Below, piece after piece: positions 43,401-56,405 of a stretch of DNA of 64,000 bases (within the stretch, counting starts at the first letter, position 1; every line of letters starts with the position of its first letter). This stretch comes from the human T2T-CHM13v2.0 reference genome, Homo sapiens. Where the stretch lies: the NCBI RefSeq assembly GCF_009914755.1, contig NC_060944.1, one strand, 5' to 3'. Position numbers and translations under genes: made by a program. Under the pieces are notes generated by a model. It did no database searches and had not been told where the DNA came from. It worked only from the letters and a program-made list of their open reading frames with translations.

Positions 43401-46400
43401 GTTTGAAACACTCTTTTTGTAGTGTCTATAAGTGAACATTTGGCGTGCTTTCAGGCCTAACGTGAAAAAGGAAATATCTTCAAATAAAAACTAGACAGAA
43501 GCATTCTCAGAAACTTGTTTGTGATGTGTGCCCTCTACTGACAGAGTTGAACCTTTCCTTGCAAAGAGCAGCTTTGAAACACTCTTTTTGTAGAATCTGC
43601 AAGAGGATATTTGGATAGCTTTGAGGATTTCGTTGGAAACCGGTATGTCTTCAGATAAACTCTAGACAGAAGCATTCTCAGAAACTTCTTTGGGATGTTG
43701 CATTCAAGTCACAGAGTAGAACATTCCCATTCATAGAGCAGATTTGAAACACTCTTTTTGAAGTATCTGGAAGTGGACATTTGGAGCGCTTTCAGGCCTA
43801 TGTGGAAAAAGGAAATATCTTCCCATAAAAACTAGACGGAAGCATTCTCAGAAACTTACTTGTGATGTGTTTGCTCAACTAACAGAATTGAACCACCGTT
43901 TTGAAGGAGCAGTTTTGAAACACTGTTTTCGTGGAATCTGCAAGTGGATATTTGGCTAGCTTTGAGGATGTCGTTGGAAACGGGATTACATATAAAAAGG
44001 AGACAGCAGCATTCTCAGAAACTTCTTTGTGATGTCTGCATTCAAGTCACAGAGTTGAGCATTCCCTTTCATAGAGCAGGTTGGAAACACTCTTTTTGTA
44101 GTATCTGGATGAGGACATTTGGAGCGCTTTCAGGCGTATGGTGAAAAAGGAAATATCTTCCCGTAAAAACTAGACAGAAGCATTCTCAGAAATTTATTTG
44201 TGATGTGTGCCCTCAACTAACAGAGTTGAACCTTTCTTTTGATAGAGCAGTTTTGAAACACTCTTTTGTAAAATCTGCAAGAGGATATTTGGATAGCTTT
44301 GAGGATTTCGTTGCAAACGGGAATGGCTTCATATAAACTCTAGACAGAAGCATTCTCAGAAACTTCGTTGGGATGTTTCGATTGAAGTCCCAGTGTTGAA
44401 CATTCCCTTTTATAGCGCACGTTGGAAACACTCTTTTTGCATTCCCTGGAAGTGGACATTTGGAGCGCTTTCAGGACGACGGTGAAAATGGAAACATCTT
44501 CCAATAAAATCTAGATAGAAGCAATGTCAGAAACTTTTATGTGATGGATCTACTCAGCTAACAGAGTTGAACCTTTCTTTTGAGAGAGCAGTTTTGCAAC
44601 ACTCTTTTTGTGGAATATGCAAGTGGATATTAGGGCAGCTTTGAGGATTTCGTTGGAAACGGGAATACATGTAAAAAGCAGACAGCAGCATTCTCAGAAA
44701 CTTCTTTGTGATGTTTGCATTGAAGTCACAGAGTTGAACATTCCCTTTGAGAGAGCAGGTTTGAAACACGCCTTTTGTCATATCTGGAAGTGTCCATTCG
44801 GATCGCATTCAGGCTTGTGTTGAAAAAGGAAATATCCTCCCATAAAAACTAGACAGAAGCATTCTCAGAAACTTATTTGTGATGTATGTACTCAACTGAC
44901 AGAACTAAAACATCGTTTTGAAGGAGCAGTTTTGAAACACTTTTTGCGGAATCTGCAACTGGATATTTGGCTAGCTTGGAGGATTTCGTTTGAAACGGGA
45001 TTACATACAAAAAGCAGACAGCAGCATTCTCAGAAACTTCTTTGTGATGTTTGCATTCAAGTCACAGAGTTGAACATTCCCTTTCATAGAGCAGGTTTGA
45101 AACACTCTTTTTGTAGTATCTGGATGTGGACATTTGGATCGCTTTCAGGCCTATGGTGAAAAAGGAAATATCTTCCCATGAAAACTAGACAGAAGCATTC
45201 TCAGAAACTTATTTGTGATGTGTGCCCTCAACTGACAGTGTTGAACCTTTGTTTTGATAGAGCAGTTCTGAAACACACTTTTTGTAAAATCTGCAAGAGG
45301 ATATTTGGATAGCTTTGAGGATTTCGTTGCAAACGGGAATGTCTTCATGTAAACTCTAGACAGAAGCATTCTCAGAAACTGCTTTGGGATGTTTCAATTG
45401 AAGTCCCAGTGTTGAACATTCCCTTTCATAGAGCAGGTTTGAAACACTCTTTTTGTAGTATCTGGAAGTGGACATTTGGAGCGCTTTCAGGTCTACGGTG
45501 AAAAAGGAGATATCTTCCAATAAAAACTAGATAGAAGCAATGTCAGAACTTTTTTCATGATGTATCTACTCAGCAAACAGAGTTGAACCTTTCTTTTGAG
45601 AGAGCAGTTTTGAAACACTCTTTTTGTGGAATATGCAAGTGGGTATGAGGCCAGCTTGGAGGATTTCGTTGGAAACGGGAATACGTATAAAAAGCAGACA
45701 GCAGCATTGTCAGAAACTACTTTGTGATGTTTGCATTCAAGTCACAGAATTGAACACTCCCTTTCACAGAGCAGGTTTGAAACACTCTTTTTGTAGTGTC
45801 TGTAAGTGAACATTTGGATTGCTTTCAGGCCTCAGGTGAAAAAGGAAATATCTTCCCATAAAAACTAGACAGAAGCATTCTCAGAAACCTGTTTGTGATG
45901 TGTGCCCTCTACTGACAGAGTTGAACCTTTCTTTGCAAAGAGCAGTTTTGAAACACTCTTTTTGTAGAATCTGCAAGAGGATATTTGGATAGCTTTGAGG
46001 ATTTCTTGGGAAACGGGAATGTCTTCAGATAAACTCTAGACAGAAGCATTCTCAGAAACTTCTTTGGGATGTTTCAATTGAAGTCACAGTGTTGAACATT
46101 GCCTTTCACAGAGCAGGTTTGAAACACTCTTTTTGTAGTGTCTATAAGTGAACATTTGGCGTGCTTTCAGGCCTAACGTGAAAAAGGAAATATCTTCCCA
46201 TAAATACTAGACAGAAGCATTCTCAGAAACTTGTTTGTGATGTGTGCCCTCTACTGACAGAGTTGAACCTTTCCTTGCAAAGAGCAGCTTTGAAACACTC
46301 TTTTTGTAGAATCTGCAAGAGGATATTTGGATAGCTTTGAGGATTTCGTTGGAAACGGGAATGTCTTCAGATGAACTCTAGACAGAAGCATTCTCAGAAA

Positions 46401-48251
46401 CTTCTTTGGGATGTTGCATTCAAGTCACAGAGTAGAACATTCCCATTCATAGAGCAGATTTGAAACACTCTTTTTGAAGTATCTGGAAGTGGACATTTGG
46501 AGCGCTTTCAGGCCTATGTTGAAAAAGGAAATATCTTCCCATAAAAACTAGACGGAAGCATTCTCAGAAACTCACTTGTGATGTGTTTGCTCAACTAACA
46601 GAATTGAACCATCGTTTTGAAGGAGCAGTTTTGAAACACTGTTTTCGTGGAATCTGCAAGTGGATATTTGGCTAGCTTTGAGGATTTCGTTGGAAACGGG
46701 ATTACATATAAAAAGGAGACAGCAGCATTCTCAGAAACTTCTTTGTGATGTCTGCATTCAAGTCACAGATTTGAGCATTCCCTTTCATAAAGCAGGTTTG
46801 AAACACTCTTTTTGTAGTATCTGGATGAGGACATTTGGAGCGCTTTCAGGCCTATGGTGAAAAAGGAAATATCTTCCCGTAAAAACTAGACAGAAGCATT
46901 CTCAGAAATTTATTTGTGATGTGGGCCCTCAACTAACAGAGTTGAACCTTTCTTTTGATAGAGCAGTTTGAAACACTCTTTTTGTAAAATCTGCAAGAGG
47001 ATATTTGGATGGCTTTGAGGATTTCGTTGCAAACGGGAATGGCTTCATATAAACTCTAGACAGAAGCATTCTCAGAAACTTCGTTGGGATGTTTCGATTG
47101 AAGTCCCAGTGTTGAACATTCCCTTTTATAGCGCACGTTGGAAACACTCTTTTTGCATTCCCTGGAAGTGGACATTTGGAGCGCTTTTAGGACGACGGTG
47201 AAAATGGAAATATCTTCCAATAAAATCTAGATAGAAGCAATGTCAGAAACTTTTATTTGATGGATCTACTCAGCTAACAGAGTTGAAGCTTTCATTTGAG
47301 AGAGCAGTTTTGCAACACTCTTTTTGTGGAATATGCAAGTGGATGTTAGGGCAGCTTTGAGGATTTCGTTGGAAACGGGAATACATGTAAAAAGCAGACA
47401 GCAGCATTCTCAGAAACTTCTTTGTGATGTTTGCATTGAAGTCACAGAGTTGAACATTCCCTTTGAGAGAGCAGGTTTGAAACACGCCTTTTGTCATATC
47501 TGGAAGTGTCCATTCGGAGCGCATTCAGGCTTGTGTTGAAAAAGGAAATATCCTCCCATAAAAACTAGACAGAAGCATTCTCAGAAACTTATTTGTGATG
47601 TATGTACTCAACTAACAGAACTAAACCATCGTTTTGAAGGAGCAGTTTTGAAACACTCTTTTTGCGGAATCTGCAACTGGATATTTGGCTAGCTTGGAGG
47701 ATTTCGTTGGAAACGGGATTACATACAAAAAGCAGACAGCAGCATTCTCAGAAACTTCTTTGTGATGTTTGCATTCAAGTCGCAGAGTTGAACATTCCCT
47801 TTCATAGAGCAGGTTTGAAACACTCTTTTTGTAGTATCTGGATGTGGACATTTGTATCGCTTTCAGGCCTATGGTGAAAAAGGAAATATCTTCCCATGAA
47901 AACTAGACAGAAGCATTCTCAGAAACTTATTTGTGATGTGTGCCCTCAACTGACAGTGTTGAACCTTTGTTTTGATAGAGCAGTTCTGAAACACACTTTT
48001 TGTAAAATCTGCAAGAGGATATTTGGATAGCTTTGAGGATTTCGTTGGAAACGGGAATGTCTTCATGTAAACTCTAGACAGAAGCATTCTCAGAAACTGC
48101 TTTGGGATGTTTCAATTGAAGTCCCAGTGTTGAACATTCCCTTTCATAGAGCAGGTTTGAAACACTCTTTTTCTACTATCTGGAAGTGGACATTTGGAGC
48201 GCTTTCAGGTCTACGGTGAAAAAGGAGATATCTTACAATAAAAACTAGATA
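7482..48251 (+). repeat. Run of 15 consecutive canonical 16-mer HORs
   Basis: Anchor starts 7572, 10291, 13009, 15728, 18446, 21164, 23882, 26600, 29319, 32038, 34757, 37473, 40192, 42908, 45624, 48342; all spacings are 2716-2719 bp. Confidence 0.95.
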
Positions 48252-51200
48252 GAAGCAATGTCAGAACTTTTTTCATGATGTATCTACTCACCAAACAGAC
48301 TTGAACCTTTCTTTTGAGAGAGCAGTTTTGAAACACTCTTTTTGTGGAATATGCAAGTGGGTATTAGGCCAGCTTGGAGGATTTCGTTGGAAACGGGAAT
48401 ACGTATAAAAAGCAGACAGCAGCATTGTCAGAAACTACTTTGTGATGTTTGCATTCAAGTCACAGAATTGAACACTCCCTTTCACAGAGCAGGTTTGAAA
48501 CACTCTTTTTGTAGTGTCTGTAAGTGAACATTTGGATTGCTTTCAGGCCTAAGGTGAAAAAGGAAATATCTTCCCATAAAAACTAGACAGAAGCATTCTC
48601 AGAAACTTGTTTGTGATGTGTGCCCTCTACTGACAGAGTTGAACCTTTCTTTGCAAAGAGCAGTTTTGAAACACTCTTTTTGTAGAATCTGCAAGAGGAT
48701 ATTTGGATAGCTTTGAGGATTTCTTGGGAAACGGGAATGTCTTCAGATAAACTCTAGACAGAAGCATTCTCAGAAACTTCTTTGGGATGTTTCAATTGAA
48801 GTCACAGTGTTGAACATTCCCTTTCACAGAGCAGGTTTGAAACACTCTTTTTGTAGTGTCTATAAGTGAACATTTGGCGTGCTTTCAGGCCTAACGTGAA
48901 AAAGGAAATATCTTCCCATAAAAACTAGACAGAAGCATTCTCAGAAACTTGTTTGTGATGTGTGCCCTCTACTGACAGAGTTGAACCTTTCTTTGCAAAG
49001 AGCAGCTTTGGAACACTCTTTTTGTAGAATCTGCAAGAGGATATTTGGATAGCTTTGAGGATTTCGTTGGAAACGGGTATGTCTTCAGATAAACTCTAGA
49101 CAGAAGCATTCTCAGAAAATTCTTTGGGATGTTGCATTCAAGTCACAGAGTAGAACATTCCCATTCATAGAGCAGATTTGAAACACTCTTTTTGTAGTAT
49201 CTGGAAGTGGACATTTGGAGCGCTTTCAGGCCTATGTTGAAAAAGGAAATATCTTCCCATAAAAACTAGACGGAAGCATTCTCAGTAACTTACTTGTGAT
49301 GTGTTTGCTCAACTAACAGAATTGAACCATCGTTTTGAAGGAGCAGTTTTGAAACACTGTTTTCGTGGAATCTGCAAGTGGATATTTGGCTAGCTTTGAG
49401 GATTTCGTTGGAAACGGGATTACATATAAAAAGGAGAAAGCAGCATTCTCAGAAACTTTTTCTGATGTCTGCATTCAAGTCACAGAGTTGAGCATTCCCT
49501 TTCATAGAGCAGGTTTGAAACACTCTTTTTGTAGTATCTGGATGAGGACATTTGGAGCGCTTTCAGGCGTATGGTGAAAAAGGAAATATCTTCCCGTAAA
49601 AACTAGACAGAAGCATTCTCAGAAATTTATTTGTGATGTGTGCCCTCAACTAACAGAGTTGAACCTTTCTTTTGATAGAGCAGTTTGAAACACTCTTTTT
49701 GTAAAATCTGCAAGAGGATATTTGGATAGCTTTGAGGATTTCGTTGCAAACGGGAATGGCTTCATATAAACTCTAGACAGAAGCATTCTCAGAAACTTCG
49801 TTGGGATGTTTCGATTGAAGTCCCAGTGTTGAACATTCCCTTTTATAGAGCAGGTTGGAAACAGTCTTTTTGCATTCCCTGGAAGTGGACATTTGGAGCG
49901 CTTTCAGGACGACGGTGAAAATGGAAATATCTTCCAATAAAATCTAGATAGAAGCAATGTCAGAAACTTTTCTGTGATGGATCTACTCAGCTAACAGAGT
50001 TGAACCTTTCTTTTGAGAGAGCAGTTTTGCAACACTCTTTTTGTGGAATATGCAAGTGGATATTAGGGCAGCTTTGAGGATTTCGTTGGAAACGGGAATA
50101 CATGTAAAAAGCAGACAGCAGCATTCTCAGAAACTTCTTTGTGATGTTTGCATTGAAGTCACAGAGTTGAACATTCCCTTTGAGAGAGCAGGTTTGAAAC
50201 ACGCCTTTTGTCATATCTGGAAGTGTCCATTCGGAGCGCATTCAGGCTTGTGTTGAAAAAGGAAATATCCTCCCATAAAAACTAGACAGAAGCATTCTCA
50301 GAAACTTCTTTGTGATGTATGTACTCAACTAAGAGAACTAAACCATCGTTTTGAAGCAGCAGTTTTGAAAAACTCTTTTTGCGGAATCTGCAACTGGATA
50401 TTTGGCTACCTTGGAGGATTTCGTTGGAAACGGGATTACATACAAAAAGCAGACAGCAGCATTCTCAGAAACTTCTTTGTGATGTTTGCTTTCAATTCGC
50501 AGAGTTGAACATTCCCTTTCATAGAGCAGGTTTGAAAGACTCTTTTTGTAGTATCTGGTTGTGGACATTTGGATCGCTTTCAGGCCTATGGTGAAAAAGA
50601 AAATATCTTCCCATGAAAACTAGACAGAAGCATTCTCAGAAACTTATTTGTGATGTATGTACTCAACTAAGAGAACTAAACCATCGTTTTGAAGGAGCAG
50701 TTTTGAAACACTCTTTTTGCGGAATCTGCAACTGGATATTTGGCTAGCTTGGAGGATTTCGTTGGAAACGCGATTACATACAAAAAGCAGACAGCAGCGT
50801 TCTCAGAAACTTCTTTGTGATGTTTGCATTCAAGTCGCAGAGTTGAACATTCCCTTTCATAGAGCAGGTTTGAAACACTCTTTTTGTAGTATCTGCATGT
50901 GGACATTTGGATCGCTTTCAGGCCTATGGTGAAAAAGGAAATATCTTCCCATGAAAACTAGACAGAAGCATTCTCAGAAACTTATTTGTGATGTGTGCCC
51001 TCAACTGACAGTGTTGAACCTTTGTTTTGAAAGAGCAGTTCTGAAACACACTTTTTGTAAAATCTGCAGGAGGATATTTGGATAGCTTTGAGGATTTCGT
51101 TGGAAACGGGAATGTCTTCATGTAAAATCTAGACAGAAGCATTCTCAGAAACTGCTTTGGGATGTTTCAATTGAAGTCCCAGTGTTGAACATTCCCTTTC

Positions 51201-51305
51201 ATAGAGCAGGTTTGAAACACTCTTTTTGTAGTATCTGGAAGTGGACATTTGGAGCGCTTTCAGGTCTACGGTGAAAAAGGAGATATCTTCCAAAAAAACT
51301 AGATA
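48252..51305 (+). repeat. 18-mer HOR variant (dimer G tandemly duplicated)
   Basis: 3054 bp. Two G dimers at 50289-50626 and 50627-50964 (ORF 'MRNLQ' at 50379 and 50717). Confidence 0.92.
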
Positions 51306-53007
51306 GAAACAATGTCAGAACTTTTTTCATGATGTATCTACTCAGCAAACAGAGTTGAACCTTTTTTTTGAGAGAGCAGTTTTGAAAAACTCTTTTTGTG
51401 GAATATGCAAGTGGGTATTAGGCCAGCTTGGAGGATTTCTTTGGAAACGGGAATACGTATAAAAAGCAGACAGCAGCATTGTCAGAAACTACTTTTTGAT
51501 GTTTGCATTCAAGTCACAGAATTGAGCACTCCCTTTCACAGAGCAGGTTTGAAACACTCTTTTTGTAGTGTCTGTAAGTGAACATTTGGATTGTTTTCAG
51601 GCCTAAGGTGAAAAAGGAAATATCTTCCCATAAAAACTAGACAGAAGCATTCTCAGAAACTTGTTTGTGATGTGTGCCCTCTACTGACAGAGTTGAACCT
51701 TTCTTTGCAAAGAGCAGTTTTGAAACACTCTTTTTGTAGAATCTGCAAAGAGGATATTTGGATAGCTTTGAGGATTTCTTGGGAAACGAGAATGTCTTCA
51801 GATAAACTCTAGACAGAAGCATTCTCAGAAACTTCTTTGGGATGTTTTAATTGAAGTCACAGTGTTGAACATTCCCTTTCACAGAGCAGGTTTGAAACAC
51901 TCTTTTTGTAGTGTCTATAAGTGAACATTTGGCGTGCTTTCAGGCCTAACGTGAAAAAGGATATATCTTCCCATAAAAACTAGACAGAAGCATTCTCAGA
52001 AACTTGTTTGTGATGTGTGCCCTCTACTGACAGAGTTGAACCTTTCCTTGCAAAGAGCAGCTTTGAAACACTCTTTTTGTAGAATCTGAAAGAGGATATT
52101 TGGATAGCTTTGAGGATTTCGTTGGAAACGGGTATGTCTTCAGATAAACTCTAGACAGAAGCATTCTCAGAAACTTCTTTGGGATGTTGCATTCAAGTCA
52201 CAGAGAAGAACATTCCCATTCATAGAGCAGATTTGAAACACTCTTTTTGAAGTATCTGGAAGTGGACTTTTGGAGCGCTGTCAGGCCTATGTTGAAAAAG
52301 GAAATATCTTCCCATAAAAACTAGACGGAAGCATTCTCAGAAACCAACTTGTGATGTGTTTGCTCAACTAACAGAATAGAACTATCGTTTTGAAGGAGCA
52401 GTTTTGAAACACTGTTTTCGTGGAATCTGCAAGTGGATATTTGGCTAGCTTGGAGGATTTCGTTGGAAACGGGATTACATATAAAAAGGAGACAGCAGCA
52501 TTCTCAGAAACTTCTTTGTGATGTCTGCATTCAAGTCACAGAGTTGAGCATTCCCTTTCATAGAGCAGGTTGGACACACTCTTTTTGTAGTATCTGGATG
52601 TGGACATTTGGATCGCTTTCAGGCCTATGGTGAAAAAGGAAATATCTTCCAATGAAAACTAGACAGAAGCATTCTCAGAAACTTATTTGTGATGTGTGCC
52701 CTCAACTGACAGTGTTGAACCTTTGTTTTCATAGAGCAGTTCTGAAACACACTTTTTGTAAAATCTGCAAGAGGATATTTGGATAGCTTTGAGGATTTCG
52801 TTGGAAACGGGAATGTCTTCATGTAAACTCTAGACAGAAGCATTCTCAGAAACTGCTTTGGGTTGATTCAATTGAATTCCCAGTGTTGAACATTCCCTTT
52901 CATAGAGCAGGTTTGAAACACAATTTTTGTAGTATCTGGAAGTGGACATTTGGAACGCTTTCAGGTCTACGGTGAAAAAGGGGATATCTTCCAATAAAAA
53001 CTAGATA
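51306..53007 (+). repeat. 10-mer HOR variant (A-B-C-D/G hybrid-H)
   Basis: 1702 bp. D-type sequence ('ttgagcattcc', 'ggttgg') switches to G-type ('ggatgtggacatttggatcgc') at ~52575-52600. Confidence 0.9.
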
Positions 53008-55384
53008 GAAGCAATGTCAGAACTTTTTTCATGATGTATCTACTCAGCAAACAGAGTTGAACCTTTCTTTTGAGAGAGCAGTTTTGAAACACTCTTTTTG
53101 TGGAATATGCAAGTGGGTATTAGGCCAGCTTGGAGGATTTCGTTGGAAACGGGAATACGTATAAAAAGCAGACAGCAGCATTGTCAGAAACTACTTTGTG
53201 ATGTTTGCATTCAAGTCACAGAATTGAACACTCCCTTTCACAGAGCAGGTTTGAAACACTCTTTTTGTAGTGTCTGTAAGTGAACATTTGGATTGCTTTC
53301 AGGCCTAAGGTGAAAAAGGAAATATCTTCCCATAAAAACTAGACAGAAGCATTCTCAGAAACTTGTTTCTGATGTGTGCCCTCTACTGACAGAGTTGAAC
53401 GTTTCCTTGCAAAGAGCAGCTTTGAAACACTCTTTTTGTAGAATCTGCAAGAGGATATTTGGATAGCTTTGAGGATTTCGTTGGAAACGGGTATGTCTTC
53501 AGATAAACTCTAGACAGAAGCATTCTCAGAAACTTCTTTGGGATGTTGCATTCAAGTCACAGAGTAGAACATTCCCATTCATAGAGCAGATTTGAAACAC
53601 TCTTTTTGAAGTATCTGGAAGTGGACATTTGGAGCGCTTTCAGGCCTATGTTGAAAAAGGAAATATCTTCCCATAAAAATTAGACGGAAGCATTCTCAGA
53701 AACTTATTTGTGATGTGTTTGCTCAACTAACAGAATTGAACCATCGTTTTGAAGGAGCAGTTTTGAAACACTGTTTTCGTGGAATCTGCAAGTGGATATT
53801 TGGCTAGCTTTGAGGATTTCGTTGGAAACGGGATTACATATAAAAAGGAGACAGCAGCATTCTCAGAAACTTCTTTGTGATGTCTGCATTCAAGTCACAG
53901 AGTTGAGCATTCCCTTTCATAGAGCAGGTTGGAAACACTCTTTTTGTAGTATCTGGATGAGGACATTTGGAGCGCTTTCAGGCGTATGGTGAGAAAGGAA
54001 ATATCTTCCCGTAAAAACTAGACAGAAGCATTCTCAGAAATTTATTTGTGATGTGTGCCCTCACCTAACAGAGTTGAACCTTTCTTTTGATAGAGCAGTT
54101 TTGAAACACTCTTTTTCTAAAATCTGCAAGAGGATATTTGGATAGCTTTGAGGATTTCGTTGCAAACGGGAATGGCTTCATATAAACTCTAGACAGAAGC
54201 ATTCTCAGAAACTTCGTTGGGATGTTTCGATTGAAGTCCCAGTGTTGAACATTCCCTTTTATAGCGCACGTTGGAAACACTCTTTTTGCATTCCCTGGAA
54301 GTGGACATTTGGAGCGCTTTCAGGACGACGGTGAAAATGGAAATATCTTCCAATAAAATCTAGATAGAAGCAATGTCAGAAACTTTTATGTGATGGATCT
54401 ACTCAGCTAACAGAGTTGAACCTTTCTTTTGAGAGAGCAGTTTTGCAACACTCTTTTTGTGGAATATGCAAGTGGATATTAGGGCAGCTTTGAGGATTTC
54501 GTTGGAAACGGGAATACATGTAAAAAGCAGACAGCAGCATTCTCAGAAACTTCTTTGTGATGTTTGCATTGAAGTCACAGAGTTGAACATTCCCTTTGAG
54601 AGAGCAGGTTTGAAACACGCCTTTTGTCATATCTGGAAGTGTCCATTCGGAGCGCATTCAGGCTTGGGTTGAAAAAGGAAATATCCTCCCATAAAAACTA
54701 GACAGAAGCATTCTCAGAAACTTATTTGTGATGTATGTACTCAACTAACAGAACTAAACCATCGTTTTGAAGGAGCAGTTTTGAAACACTCTTTTTGCGG
54801 AATCTGCAACTGGATATTTGGCTAGCTTGGAGGATTTCGTTGGAAACGGGATTACATACAAAAAGCAGACAGCAGCATTCTCAGAACCTTCTTTGTGATG
54901 TTTGCATTCAAGTCGCAGAGTTGTACATTCCCTTTCATAGAGCAGGGTTGAAATACTCTTTTTGTAGTATCTGGATGTGGACATTTGGATCGCTTTCAGG
55001 CCTATGGTGAAAAAGGAAATATCTTCCCATGAAAACTAGACGGAAGCATTCTCAGAAACTTATTTGTGATGTGTGCCCTCAACTGACAGTGTTGAACCTT
55101 TGTTTTGATAGAGCAGTTCTGAAACACACTTTTTGTAAAATCTGCAAGAGGATATTTGGATAGCTTTGAGGATTTCGTTGGAAACGGGAATGTCTTCATG
55201 TAAACTCTAGACAGAAGCATTCTCAGAAACTGCTTTGGGATGTTTCAATTGAAGTCCCAGTGTTGAACATTCCCTTTCATAGAGCAGGTTTGAAACACTC
55301 TTTTTGTAGTATCTGGAAGTGGACATTTGGAGCGCTTTCAGGTCTACGGTGAAAAAGGAGATATCTTCCAATAAAAACTAGATA
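53008..55384 (+). repeat. 14-mer HOR variant (dimer B missing)
   Basis: 2377 bp. A is followed directly by C ('ttccttgcaaagagcagctttg...aacgggtatg'). Confidence 0.9.
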
Positions 55385-56405
55385 GAAGCAATGTCAGAAC
55401 TTTCTTCATGATGTATCTACTCAGCAAACAGAGTTGAACCTTTCTTTTGAGAGAGCAGTTTTGAAACACTCTTTTTGTGGAATATGCAAGTGGGTATTAG
55501 GCCGGCTTGGAGGATTTCGTTGGAAACGGGAATACGTATAAAAAGCAGACAGCAGCATTGTCAGAAACTACTTTGTGATGTTTGCATTCAAGTCACAGAA
55601 TTGAACACTCCCTTTCACAGAGCAGGTTTGAAACACTCTTTTTGTAGTGTCTGTAAGTGAACATTTGGATTGCTTTCAGGCCTAAGGTGAAAAAGGAAAT
55701 ATCTTCCCATAAAAACTAGACAGAAGCATTCTCAGAAACTTGTTTGTTATGTGTGCCCTCTACTGACAGAGTTGAACCTTTCCTTGCAAAGAGCAGCTTT
55801 GAAACACTCTTTTTGTAGAATCTGCAAGAGGATATTTGGATAGCTTTGAGGATCTCGTTGGAAACGGGTATGTCTTCCGATAAACTCTAGACAGAAGCAT
55901 TCTCAGAAACTTCTTTGGGATGTTGCATTCAAGTCACAGAGTAGAACATTCCCATTCATAGAGCAGATTTGAAACACTCTTTTTGAAGTATCTGGAAGTG
56001 GACATTTGGAGCGCTTTCAGGCCTATGGTGAAAAAGGAAATATCTTCCCATGAAAACTAGACAGAAGCATTCTCAGAAACTTATTTGTGATGTGTGCCCT
56101 CAACTGACAGTGTTGAACCTTTGTTTTGATAGAGCAGTTCTGAAACACACTTTTTGTAAAATCTGCAAGAGGATATTTGGATAGCTTTGAGGATTTCGTT
56201 GGAAACGGGAATGTCTTCATGTAAACTCTAGACAGAAGCATTCTCAGAAACTGCTTTGGGATGTTACAATTGAAGTCCCAGTGTTGAACATTCCCTTTCA
56301 TAGAGCAGGTTTGAAACACTCTTTTTGTAGTATCTGGAAGTGGACATTTGGAGCGCTTTCAGGTCTACGGTGAAAAAGGAGATATCTTCCAATAAAAACT
56401 AGATA
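55385..56405 (+). repeat. 6-mer HOR variant (A-C-H)
   Basis: 1021 bp. Lacks B and D-G; the C-to-G/H junction is at ~56010-56027. Confidence 0.9.

Noticed and set aside
51285-51760. Homopolymer-associated changes (ccaaaaaaact, cttttttttg, ctgcaaag) as biological signal
   Set aside because: They are singletons in homopolymer context and cannot be distinguished from sequencing or consensus error without reads.
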